Below, one piece after another: positions 52,423 through 62,532 of a stretch of DNA of 64,000 bases (position 1 is the first letter of the stretch; each line of letters opens with the position of its first letter). The translations under genes were made by a program, and so were the position numbers. The DNA lies in assembly GCA_963796055.1 (NCBI GenBank), contig CAWCKH010000004.1, positions 1,824,001 to 1,888,000 of the forward strand. Direction: 5' to 3'. This DNA comes from an uncultured delta proteobacterium (lineage in GTDB: Bacteria > Myxococcota > Myxococcia > Myxococcales > Myxococcaceae). The notes beneath the pieces are model-generated. The model did not search any database. It worked only from the letters and a program-made list of their open reading frames with translations, and had not been told where the DNA came from.

Positions 52423-53055
52423 TCAGTTCTCCAGGGACGCGCGCTCGATCCGGTCCAACCGCAGGGTCCGGCGCTCGCCGCGCTCCAGGTCGTCGCAATG
52501 GACCATCGTCAGCGAGCGCTCCATCGTGAGCCCGCGCACGCGTATCCGTCGCTCGGTCACCGTTCCGTCGGAGGCCCGGTAACGGATCCGCGTCAGCCGC
52601 CGCTCGAACCAGGCGTCCTCCACCGCCTCGCGCACCCCCGGGGCCGCCGGGTGGGCCGGGATGCCCACGAAGCTCAGCTCGCGCATCAGCTCCAGCAGCT
52701 CGCGCTGGGCCGAGGCCGCCAGTGCCCCCCGGACCTTGTCGATGCCACCCTGCAAGGTCCGGGTGAAGGGCACCAGCCGCGCCCGGATCGCCCAGTCCCC
52801 GAGCGCAGAGAGCAGCGCCGCCTCGCGGGCAGTGAAGTTCACCGGGGGCAGGGTGTACGTCCGGTCCAGGGCGTAGCCACCGCCCCGGCCTCGCTCTGCC
52901 GAGATGGGCAGCTCGGCTTCACGCAGCGCGTCGAGGTCGCGGTAGATGGTCCGCAGCGTCACCCCGAAGCGGTCCGCCAGCTCGGCCGCCGTCACCCCCG
53001 TCCGACGGGCCCGGAGGTGCTCTGCCAGTGCGAACAGCCGTGCCTGCCGGCGCAT
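52423..53055 (-). CDS. HTH-WYL transcriptional regulator (YafY-like)
   Basis: TAAELADRFGVTLRTIYRDL, GRGGGY, LPPVNFT and RTLRLDRI. Confidence 0.9.
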   Translation of the reverse strand: MRRQARLFALAEHLRARRTGVTAAELADRFGVTLRTIYRDLDALREAELPISAERGRGGGYALDRTYTLPPVNFTAREAALLSALGDWAIRARLVPFTRTLQGGIDKVRGALAASAQRELLELMRELSFVGIPAHPAAPGVREAVEDAWFERRLTRIRYRASDGTVTERRIRVRGLTMERSLTMVHCDDLERGERRTLRLDRIERASLEN

Positions 53056-53062
53056 CCAACAA

Positions 53063-53081
53063 ACCTGACAGACACCTGACA
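53063..53081. promoter_or_regulatory. Direct repeat ACCTGACA x2 (11-bp period), candidate WYL-regulator site
   Basis: ACCTGACA-GAC-ACCTGACA in the divergent WYL/VOC spacer. Confidence 0.55.
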
Positions 53082-53151
53082 CCGGCGCAATCCATCTTCC
53101 TGGCCGCACTCGCGATTTCCGCGGGGCAAACAGACAGCAACGGAGCAGGCC

Positions 53152-53523
53152 ATGGCCAACGCACTCACCTGGTTCGAGATCCCCACCGTCGACATGGACC
53201 GGGCGGTCCGCTTCTACGAGACCGTCCTCGGCGTCCACCTCAAGCGAGAGGTCTTCGGCGGCGTCCCGCACGCCCTCTTCCCGGCAGGGCAGAGCGACGC
53301 CGGTGGCGCCCTCATCCACGACGGGCGTCGCAAACCTTCCTCGGAGGGGACGCTCATCTACCTCGACGCCGCGGGAAAGCTCGACGCCTGCGTCGAGCGG
53401 CTCCGGGGCGCCGGCGGCACCCTCCTCATGCCCAAGACCGACATCGGCGACCCGGGCTTCATCGCCGTCTTCCGCGACTCGGAGGGCAACTCTGTCGCCC
53501 TCCACTCGCCGAGGAACGGCTGA
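53152..53523 (+). CDS. VOC/glyoxalase family protein
   Basis: WFEIP..DMDRAVRFYE and FRDSEGN. Confidence 0.93.
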   Translation: MANALTWFEIPTVDMDRAVRFYETVLGVHLKREVFGGVPHALFPAGQSDAGGALIHDGRRKPSSEGTLIYLDAAGKLDACVERLRGAGGTLLMPKTDIGDPGFIAVFRDSEGNSVALHSPRNG

Positions 53524-53536
53524 GCGGGTGCGGCGC

Positions 53537-54109
53537 CTACCCGGCCCGGGCCCCGGTCACCCGGAGCGCGCAGCGGTAGCAGCGGTCGCGCCCCGCCCGC
53601 ATCCACCCCTCGCAGTCCGGGCAGCGGTGGAGCTGGTGCCGGTGCGCGTTGCGACACTGGGTGCAGATGAACAGCGCGCCCGCCGAGCCGAGCCGCATCC
53701 GCACCCCACCGGACAGCATCCGCGCCGGCCGCAGCCGCACCTGGTCCGCCTCCGATTTCCCGCAGCTCACGCAGCTGGGGAGCCGCTCGCTGCCGTCGCC
53801 TTCCGCCTCCGGGGGAATCGTCCCCGGCAGCGCCCGCATCGCGCACGCTGCGCAGAATGGAGAGCCGCGCGGCTTGAATCCGTGGCAGAGCACGTTCCCG
53901 CTCCGCCTCGGGCAGGCGTCGACCAGCGCGTCGGTCCGGAAGCCGAACGCCACCTCGAGCCGCAGGACCACGTCGTCGGGACCCTTCCCTTGCGCCATCC
54001 AGGCCGAGAGCTGCGTCTGCCGCGCCTCGAGCACCTTCGCCGCGCGGGCCTGCGTCACGCCGGCCAGACGCAGCGCCAGCCGCAGCTTGTGTCCTTCGTC
54101 GGTCGTCAA
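53537..54109 (-). CDS. Hypothetical protein: Xre-like HTH plus multiple CxxC zinc-binding motifs
   Basis: TTG start after GAGG. LRLAGVTQARAAKVLEARQTQLSAW, then CAAC, CVSC, CTQC, CPDC and CYRC. Confidence 0.65.
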   Translation of the reverse strand: MTTDEGHKLRLALRLAGVTQARAAKVLEARQTQLSAWMAQGKGPDDVVLRLEVAFGFRTDALVDACPRRSGNVLCHGFKPRGSPFCAACAMRALPGTIPPEAEGDGSERLPSCVSCGKSEADQVRLRPARMLSGGVRMRLGSAGALFICTQCRNAHRHQLHRCPDCEGWMRAGRDRCYRCALRVTGARAG

Positions 54110-54415
54110 CGCGCCTCGCCCAGGGCAGGAGCAGCGGCTCCCACCCGGCCGGATCCCGGCCACAGAATGCCGCGGCGCACGCGTCAGGAAATGCGCCGTC
54201 GACACGAGTGTGAACCACTCGAAGCAGTGGATGTCGCGCAGCGGCCATCGCGCGCGCGACCGTCCACGCCACGACGACGGCCAGAACAACCAGCGTTCCC
54301 GGAATAACGAGACAGCAGCGCGAGACGCGGGCGTTCGCCCGACCGGCGCACGCCCCGAGGGACTCGAGTCCTCGGTGGTCGTCGGCGTCGGCGGAACCCG
54401 GCCCGAGCGCTTCCG

Positions 54416-56476
54416 CTACACGCCCCGCACACCCTGACGGGCGATGCCCCCGCGCACCCGCGCCTCCGGATCGAGCTCGGCGCGTGCGCGCGGGAGCACC
54501 ACCGTGAACAGCGAACCGGCCCCGGGCGCGCTCTCGACCGAGATGGTCCCCTCGAGCGCGGTGACGATCTGCCGGGTGATGTATAGCCCCAGCCCGAGCC
54601 CCGGGTAGTGCCGCCCCGAGTGGCCGCGCTCGAAGCGGGCGAAGATTCGCCCCAGCACCGAGGACTCCATCCCGATGCCCCCGTCACGCACCGAGAGCAC
54701 CACCTGACCGGGGTCGCGCTCCTCGAGCCGCAGCCGCACCGGCTTCCCACCGCCGTACTTCAGCGCGTTGCTCAGGAGGTTGGTGACGACCTGCTCCAGC
54801 CGCATCCGGTCCCACACGCCGGTACAACGCTCCGGCGCATCCACCTCGAGGGTGGAGCCCATCTCGGCGGCCACCGCGGAGTGCCGGGTGACCGCGTCTC
54901 GCACCACCTCGGCCAGATCCACCACCTCCAGCTGGAGCTGCAGCCTTCCCGCGCGGATGCGGGTCACGTCCAGCAGGTGGTCGACCAGGTTGGTGAGCCG
55001 CTGCACGTGTCGCGCGGCGATGCCCACGTCGGTGCTGACCTGGGCAGCGGGGAGCGTTCCTTGCCCGGCCTGCTCGGCCACCCGTCGCATGATGCCCAGC
55101 TTGAGGTTCAGGGGCGTCAGCGGGGTCCGCAGCTCATGGCTGGCGACGGAGAGGAACTCGTCCCGGAGCCGGATCGCCTCCCGGGCCTCCTCATAGAGCC
55201 GGGCGTTGTCCGCGGCCAGCGCCACGCGGCGGGACAGCTCGACCGCGAGCTCCTCGGAGAAGAGCCGCGGATCGGAGCCCCGGAGCTGGCCCAGGCTCAG
55301 CACCCCGAACACCTCGCCGCGGCGGATCAGAGGAACCGAGACCCAGCGGTCCAGCCCCAGACCGCCGGATCCATCGCCCCCCGCGCGCTCGAGCCGGGAC
55401 ACCAGCGTCTCGCTGGCGAGCACCTCCGGGATGCCGAGCCGGTCCAGCTGCTCCAGGCCGGACGCTTCGAGGAGTTCCGGAAGCGGAGACACCGCCGCCA
55501 GCTCGCGCACCGGCCCGTCCTCGCTGCGCAGGTGAACCGCGCACAGGTCGGCCGCGGTCGGCACCGCCAGCGCACAGACCCTGGAGAGGACCCCGCGGAG
55601 GTCCAGCGACGCCCCGAGCACGCTGCTGGCCTCGGAGAGGAACCGCGCCCGCTCCTCCCTCCGGCGCTGGTCGTCGACGTCGGTCGCGGTGCCCACCCAT
55701 CCCACCAGACGCCCCTGCGCATCGCGAGAGGGGACGGCCCGGCCCACATGCCAGCGATAGGCCCCGGTGAGCGAGCGCAGACGGTACGTCGCCTGGAACA
55801 CCGTCTCCTTCACCCAGGCCCGGTCGGCGGTGGCCCGGACCAGCGGGCGGTCCTCGGGGTGGACGATGTCCTCCCAGCGCCCGATCGCCTCCGGCGGGAC
55901 GCCCACGTAGTCCATCCACGCGCGGTTCGCGTACAGGACCTTGCCGCTCGTGTCCGCGGTCCAGACGATCTGCGGGACCGCCTCGGCCAGCGAGTGGTAG
56001 CGGGCCTCGCTCTCCCGGCGCTGGGCCTCGAGGGCGTGCTCGCGGAGCAGCGCCTCCTGACGCTGCACGGTCCGCCGGGCCTCGAACAGCGAGACGAAGA
56101 CCGACACCTTGGAGCGGAGAATCGCCGGGTCGAACGGCTTCACCAGGTAGTCGACCGCGCCCTCGGCGTAGCCGCGGAGGCTGGCCCCCGGATCGTGCGA
56201 GTTGGCGGTGAGGAAGATGATCGGCGTGCGCTCTCCGCCGCGCCGGCTCCTCAGCAGCCGTGCGGTCTCGAACCCGTCGAGACCAGGCATCTGCACGTCG
56301 AGGATGACGACTGCGAACTCCTGCTCCTCGGCGAGCGCCAGCGCGCGGGTTCCGGAGCTGGCCTGGATCAGCCGAAGGCCGAGCCGCTCCAGCACCGCGC
56401 TGAGCGCCAGCAGGTTGTCCGGGTTGTCGTCGACGAGGAGCACGCTCGTCGCCGAGGCCGTGGAGTCCGGGGCCAC
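54416..56476 (-). CDS. Hybrid cytoplasmic sensor kinase (REC-PAS-GAF-HisKA-HATPase)
   Basis: LLVDDN...DVQMPG, PAS (VHPEDR, YRWH), GAF, SHELRTP, NLLSNA and GLGLGL. Confidence 0.95.
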   Translation of the reverse strand: MAPDSTASATSVLLVDDNPDNLLALSAVLERLGLRLIQASSGTRALALAEEQEFAVVILDVQMPGLDGFETARLLRSRRGGERTPIIFLTANSHDPGASLRGYAEGAVDYLVKPFDPAILRSKVSVFVSLFEARRTVQRQEALLREHALEAQRRESEARYHSLAEAVPQIVWTADTSGKVLYANRAWMDYVGVPPEAIGRWEDIVHPEDRPLVRATADRAWVKETVFQATYRLRSLTGAYRWHVGRAVPSRDAQGRLVGWVGTATDVDDQRRREERARFLSEASSVLGASLDLRGVLSRVCALAVPTAADLCAVHLRSEDGPVRELAAVSPLPELLEASGLEQLDRLGIPEVLASETLVSRLERAGGDGSGGLGLDRWVSVPLIRRGEVFGVLSLGQLRGSDPRLFSEELAVELSRRVALAADNARLYEEAREAIRLRDEFLSVASHELRTPLTPLNLKLGIMRRVAEQAGQGTLPAAQVSTDVGIAARHVQRLTNLVDHLLDVTRIRAGRLQLQLEVVDLAEVVRDAVTRHSAVAAEMGSTLEVDAPERCTGVWDRMRLEQVVTNLLSNALKYGGGKPVRLRLEERDPGQVVLSVRDGGIGMESSVLGRIFARFERGHSGRHYPGLGLGLYITRQIVTALEGTISVESAPGAGSLFTVVLPRARAELDPEARVRGGIARQGVRGV

Positions 56477-56740
56477 GAGGTGGATCTTGTACCAGTCCGG
56501 TCAGGGTGCGGTTGCGAGCCGCGGACCGGCGCTGGCCCGCGCACACGCGCAGTGTTGAGCTTCCATCACCGCTCGATCGAGGCCCGCGACTTCCGCACCG
56601 TGGAGAACTCCTCCCACCCAGCCCGCGCGGAGGCGGGCCTGACGGGAGGGTACCGGCCGCCCCAGTGCGACCGAGGTGCGGCGCATGCATGATCGGGCGA
56701 TCCCCCGATGGAGCAGGCGCAGCGGCGAGTGGACGTGGCG

Positions 56741-58198
56741 ATGGAGACGCCCTGCGTGGGCTGTGGAGCCGCGCTCTCCGCGTCGCGTTGCCCGCAGTGC
56801 GGCGCGGCGCAGGCGCCCGGGGGGTACGTGGTGGAGCGGGTCCTGGCGGAGGGTCCGCACTCCCGGGTGTACCTGGCACATGACGCCGCAGGGCGTGCGG
56901 TGGCGCTCAAGGAGCTGCAGTTCTCCACGGTCCCTTCCGTCCAGGAGCTGGACGCGTTCGAGCGCGAGGTGGGAGCGCTCCGGTCCCTCCACCATCCGGC
57001 GATCCCTGCGTTCGCGGGGAGCTTCCGCGAGGGGACGGGCGTCGGGCTCCGGCTCTACCTGGCATCGGAGCACGTCGCCGGAGAGACACTCGCCTCGCGG
57101 ATCGCTTGAGGGCCGCTGGGGGCCGAGGAGGTACGGAGCGTGGCCGCGCAGCTCCTGGAGGTGCTCGCGTTCCTCCAGCGTCGCTCGCCGCCGGTGCTGC
57201 ACCGTGACCTCAAGCCAGCCAACGTGCTGTTGCGGCCCGACGGGAGCGTGGCGCTGGTGGACTTCGGAAGCGTTCGGACCCTCTCCGCCGACCGAACCCA
57301 CGGGTCCACCCTGGTCGGGACCTTCGGATACATGCCGCCCGAGCAGCTCGGGGGGACGGTGGACCGGACCTCGGACCTCTACGCGCTGGGGGCCACCTTG
57401 CTGCACGCGCTCACCGGGAAGCCGCCCGTGGAGTGGCTGGGCAAGGGCCTGGAGATCCAGGTTCCGTCCGACCTTCCTGCGCCGTTCGATGGACTGCTCC
57501 CCGCGCTCCTCGAGGTGGAACCGGCGCGGCGCCCGCGCGATACGGAGGCAGCCCGCGCGCTGCTCGAGGGCCGGACACGGGCACCTGCACGCCGCCCGCG
57601 CTTGCTCCTGAGCGGGGCGGTGGGGCTGGTCGGGGCAGCGGTGGTGGTGGGTGCCCTGTGGCTGGCCAGTGTCTCTCCGGGCCCGGTGCGGGTCGAGCCG
57701 AGCACGCCCCGGGCCGCCCCGACCGGCCGTGCCTGGCTCATGCGCATGCGGGGGCGCTGCAACGCGGTGGAGGCGGTGCTGCGGGAGCCGCCCCCGGCCG
57801 GCGCCGAGGGCGCGGGCGCCGGTGCGGCCTGCCTGGCGCTGGGCGGGAAGATGGAGGCGGCACGCAAGCTCATCGTCGCGCTCCCGCCCGGCGAGCGGGC
57901 CCAGGCCGCGGCGGTGGTCTTCGACGCGGGGCACCCGGTGGCGGACATGGGGGACGACGTCTCGGCAGCACCCATCATGCAGCTGGTGCTCGAGTTCTGG
58001 CCGGACAACTTCCAGGCGCTCTACCACGCGGGAATGTCCGAGTACGCGCTGGGCCGCCCCTCCCAGGCCGGCCCTCTGCTCGAGCGCTTCCTCGCGCTGT
58101 ACCACCTGGACGACGGCTTCACCCGCGCGGCGCGCCGGGCACTCCAGGGCATCCAGTACGGCCTCCCGGCGGAGATGGCCCCTCAGCCGGAGCACTGA
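56741..58198 (+). pseudogene. Ser/Thr kinase (zinc ribbon-kinase-TM-TPR) interrupted by an in-frame TGA at 57107-57109
   Basis: CVGC/CPQC, VALKE, HRDLKPAN, DFG and GYMPPEQ. Both ORF pieces are in the same frame. Confidence 0.8.
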
Positions 58199-58230
58199 TC
58201 GCTCGACCGTCCCGGCCGCGGGACCCACCG

Positions 58231-58259
58231 TCTCGACAGAGGGAAGTGTCAGACACCTC
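58231..58259. repeat. REP-like palindrome copy between convergent genes
   Basis: TCTCGACAGAGG-GAA-GTGTCAGACACCTC. The left 12 bp are the reverse complement of the 23.3-kb tandem array sequence. Confidence 0.8.
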
Positions 58260-58329
58260 CGCTAGATGGTCTCCCGGCCCTCCGGAGTCGCTCCGTCCTC
58301 GCCTCGGCTCGCGATGTGCAACTGCGAGG

Positions 58330-59250
58330 TCACTTGGCCCGGAGGGCCGCCGCAAGCAGCGGGACCACCGAGCGGACCTCGACGAAGCCGCCGGCCAGCG
58401 CGCGTGCACGCGGATGCGTGTCGGTCACGATGAGGCGGGTGAACAGCCCGCTCTTCTCGAGCACCGGCACCGCGTCCTCGGCGAGGACGCCGTGCGTGGC
58501 GAGCGCGGTGATCCGGCTGGCGCCGGCCTCCCGGTAGGCTTCCCCTGCGGCGATCAGCGAGCCCCCGGTGCGGACCATGTCGTCGTAGAGCATCACGTGC
58601 TGCCCGGCGACCCGGGCGCTCACCGCGAGCACCCGCGTCCCACCGGCGTCGCGGCGCTTGAAGACGAAGCTCGCGTCCACCCGGAGGTCGTTGGCCAGCC
58701 CCTCGACGTACTTCGCCCGGCCGGCGTCGGTACACGCCACCACGCAGCCACCCGGCGCATGCTCCCGGATCGCCTCGACGAAGAGCGGCCGCGCGGTCAC
58801 GTGGACCGGCCGCACCCCTCCCTCGAAGTAATAGGGCAGCCCGGCGGTGTGCAGGTCCACCAGCAGCACCCGGATTCCACCCCAGGGCAGCGGGATGGAC
58901 GACAGCAACCTGGCCCGGGTCTTCGCGGTGACGCTCTCGCCTTCCTTGCTCGGACGCTCCTGCGTCGAGTATCCGAAATAGGGGACGACCAGGGTCAGGG
59001 CGTGCAGCCCGGACTCGACCAGCGCGCAGGCGAGATCGTACAGCTCGAGCGTATCGGCGTCGGTCCCCGTCCCGCCGACGAGGGTCGCGTCGGCGTCCGC
59101 CACCGGGCTCGCCAGCCGGAGCCCCCGCTCGCCGTCAGGAAACGTCTCCCGCTCGATCTGCCCGGGCACGCCCACGCCCAGCGCACAGAGCGCCCCGGCG
59201 AGCGCGGCATCGGTCGCGGTCGAGAAGACCAGCCTCGCTCGCTCGCCCAC
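58330..59250 (-). CDS. prs: Ribose-phosphate pyrophosphokinase family protein (divergent)
   Basis: FPDGE, PYFGYSTQER, VDLH, YDDMVRTGGS and ATHGV. Confidence 0.85.
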   Translation of the reverse strand: MGERARLVFSTATDAALAGALCALGVGVPGQIERETFPDGERGLRLASPVADADATLVGGTGTDADTLELYDLACALVESGLHALTLVVPYFGYSTQERPSKEGESVTAKTRARLLSSIPLPWGGIRVLLVDLHTAGLPYYFEGGVRPVHVTARPLFVEAIREHAPGGCVVACTDAGRAKYVEGLANDLRVDASFVFKRRDAGGTRVLAVSARVAGQHVMLYDDMVRTGGSLIAAGEAYREAGASRITALATHGVLAEDAVPVLEKSGLFTRLIVTDTHPRARALAGGFVEVRSVVPLLAAALRAK

Positions 59251-59253
59251 GGG

Positions 59254-60278
59254 CTACCCTGCCCAGTCGAGGATGACCTTGCCGCTCTGCCCCGAGCGCA
59301 TCGCCTCGAAGGCCTCGGCGTACTGGGCCGCGGGGAAGCGGTGGGTGACGACCGGAGCGACGTCGAGGCCGCTCTGGAGCATCGCCACCATCTTGTACCA
59401 GGTCTCGAACATCTCCCGGCCGTACACGCCCTTGAGCACCAGGCCCTTGAAGATGACCTGGTTCCAGTCGATCGAGACCTCCGCCGGGGGAATACCGAGG
59501 ATCGCCACCCGGCCGCCGTGGTTCATCACCCCCAGGAGGTCCCGGAACGCCTGAGCGTTTCCGGACATCTCCATCCCCACGTCGAAGCCCTCGGTCATCC
59601 CCAGGCTCCGCATCACGTCGCCCAGGGTCTGGGTGCGCACGTCCACCGCCCGGGTCGCCCCCAGCTTCCGCGCCAGCTCCAGCCGGAAGGGGTTCACGTC
59701 GGTCACCACCACGTGACGGGCGCCCACGTGCCGGGAGATCGCCGCGGCCATCACCCCAATCGGTCCGGCCCCGGTGATGAGCACGTCCTCGCCCACCAGA
59801 TCGAACGAGAGCGCGGTGTGCACCGCGTTGCCCAGCGGATCGAAGAAGGAGGCAATCTCGTCGGGGATCTCCTGGGGCACCCGGAAGACGTTGAACGCGG
59901 GGAGCGACACGAACTCGGCGAAGCAGCCGGGCCGGTTCACCCCCAGCCCCAGCGTGTTCCGGCAGAGGTGCCGCTTCCCGGCGCGGCAGTTGCGGCAATG
60001 CCCGCACGTGATGTGCCCCTCCCCGCTCACCCGGTCGCCGACCTGGAACCCGGTCACCTCGGCCCCGAGCCGGGCGATCTCGCCCATGAACTCGTGGCCG
60101 ATCACCATCGGCACCTTGATGGTCCTCTGCGACCAGGCGTCCCAGTTCCAGATGTGGATGTCGGTGCCGCAGATGCTGGCCTGGCGGACCTTGATCAGCA
60201 CGTCGTTGGGGCCGATCTCCGGCACCGGCACGTCCTGCATCCAGATGCCGGGCTCGGCCTTGGCCTTCACCAGCGCCC

Positions 60279-60282
<4 letters not shown>
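59254..60282 (-). CDS. tdh: L-threonine 3-dehydrogenase
   Basis: [19 protein letters not shown] and [10 protein letters not shown]. Confidence 0.97.
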
Positions 60283-61469
<1,187 letters not shown>

Positions 61470-61715
61470 GGTGCGTGCTCTCTACACGGTTGGCCCCGGC
61501 CCGGCCACCGTCGTCCAGTGGCAACTGGCGCGTGGCGTCAGCGCTCCCAGGCGCCTGGGCGCTGGTCATTCCCGCCGCCCGCATGCAACCTCCGCATGGG
61601 AGGAGACGTGTGGCGAGCTGCGCTTCACGCTGGCGTGAGCGCATCGCCGGTGGAACGATGACCCCGCGCAGGACGGGAGCGGTGAGGGGACCCGTCCAGG
61701 AAGGGGAGGACGGTC

Positions 61716-61916
61716 ATGGAGGAGCGTCTCGTCGAGCTCGAGCTGCGGTTCACCGAGCAGCAGCAGCTTCTTCAAGAGCTGAGCGACGTGGTCTACGCCC
61801 AGGGCCAGAGCCTCGAACGGCTGGAGCACGAGCTGGCCGCCATGGGGCAGAAGCTCGCCGCCATGGAACCGGGGCTGGTGGACGCCACCGTCGCGGAACG
61901 GCCGCCGCACTTCTGA
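61716..61916 (+). CDS. slyX: SlyX family protein
   Basis: ERLVELELRFTEQ...RPPHF. Confidence 0.9.
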   Translation: MEERLVELELRFTEQQQLLQELSDVVYAQGQSLERLEHELAAMGQKLAAMEPGLVDATVAERPPHF

Positions 61917-61944
61917 GCCCCGACCTCCCCCCGGGGCGGACGGT

Positions 61945-62391
61945 CTATCCAACCCGCGTGTTGATCTGGATCTTGCTCCTCAGGGTCTGATGCACCGGAC
62001 AGCGCTCGGCGATCTCCAGGAGCTTCGCCCGCTGCTCCTCGTTCAGCGCGCCCTCGAGGAACAGCACCCGGTCGACCACGTCCATCTTCGCCGCCTTGGT
62101 GTCGCAGTCGGCACAGTCCTGGGCGTGCACCTTCCGGTGCTGGAGCGTGACCCGCGCGCGCTCCAGAGGCCACTTTCGCTTGTCGGCGTAGATGCGGAGG
62201 GTCATCGCGGTGCACGCACCGAGGGCCGCGAGCAGCATCTCGTAGGGCGATGGACCCTCATCGGCGCCGCCCACCGGGATGGGCTCGTCGAGCACGAGGT
62301 GGTGACCGCCGACGTCGACCTCGATGCGGAACCCCGTGGCCGGCCCCGACACCACCACGCTCCGCGGCTCCTGACTCGGCAGCTCACCCAT
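61945..62391 (-). CDS. OsmC family protein
   Basis: DEP..GG..GPSPYE, LGACT and IAERCPVH. Confidence 0.92.
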   Translation of the reverse strand: MGELPSQEPRSVVVSGPATGFRIEVDVGGHHLVLDEPIPVGGADEGPSPYEMLLAALGACTAMTLRIYADKRKWPLERARVTLQHRKVHAQDCADCDTKAAKMDVVDRVLFLEGALNEEQRAKLLEIAERCPVHQTLRSKIQINTRVG

Positions 62392-62532
62392 CTCGATGAC
62401 CTCCGTCGCCCGGGGAGGCTAGCAGGTACGAGAGCATCCGGACGCACCCGAGCCGATCTCGTGGGCCGGGGAGGAGGACCGGTCGTCGGTCGATCCGTGC
62501 GGACGCTCGGCCAGGCGCGCGTCGCGTGCGGG

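Noticed and set aside
53063..53083. CAGACACC in the WYL/VOC spacer as a repeat copy
   Set aside because: It is better explained as part of a direct-repeat operator and is not palindromic.
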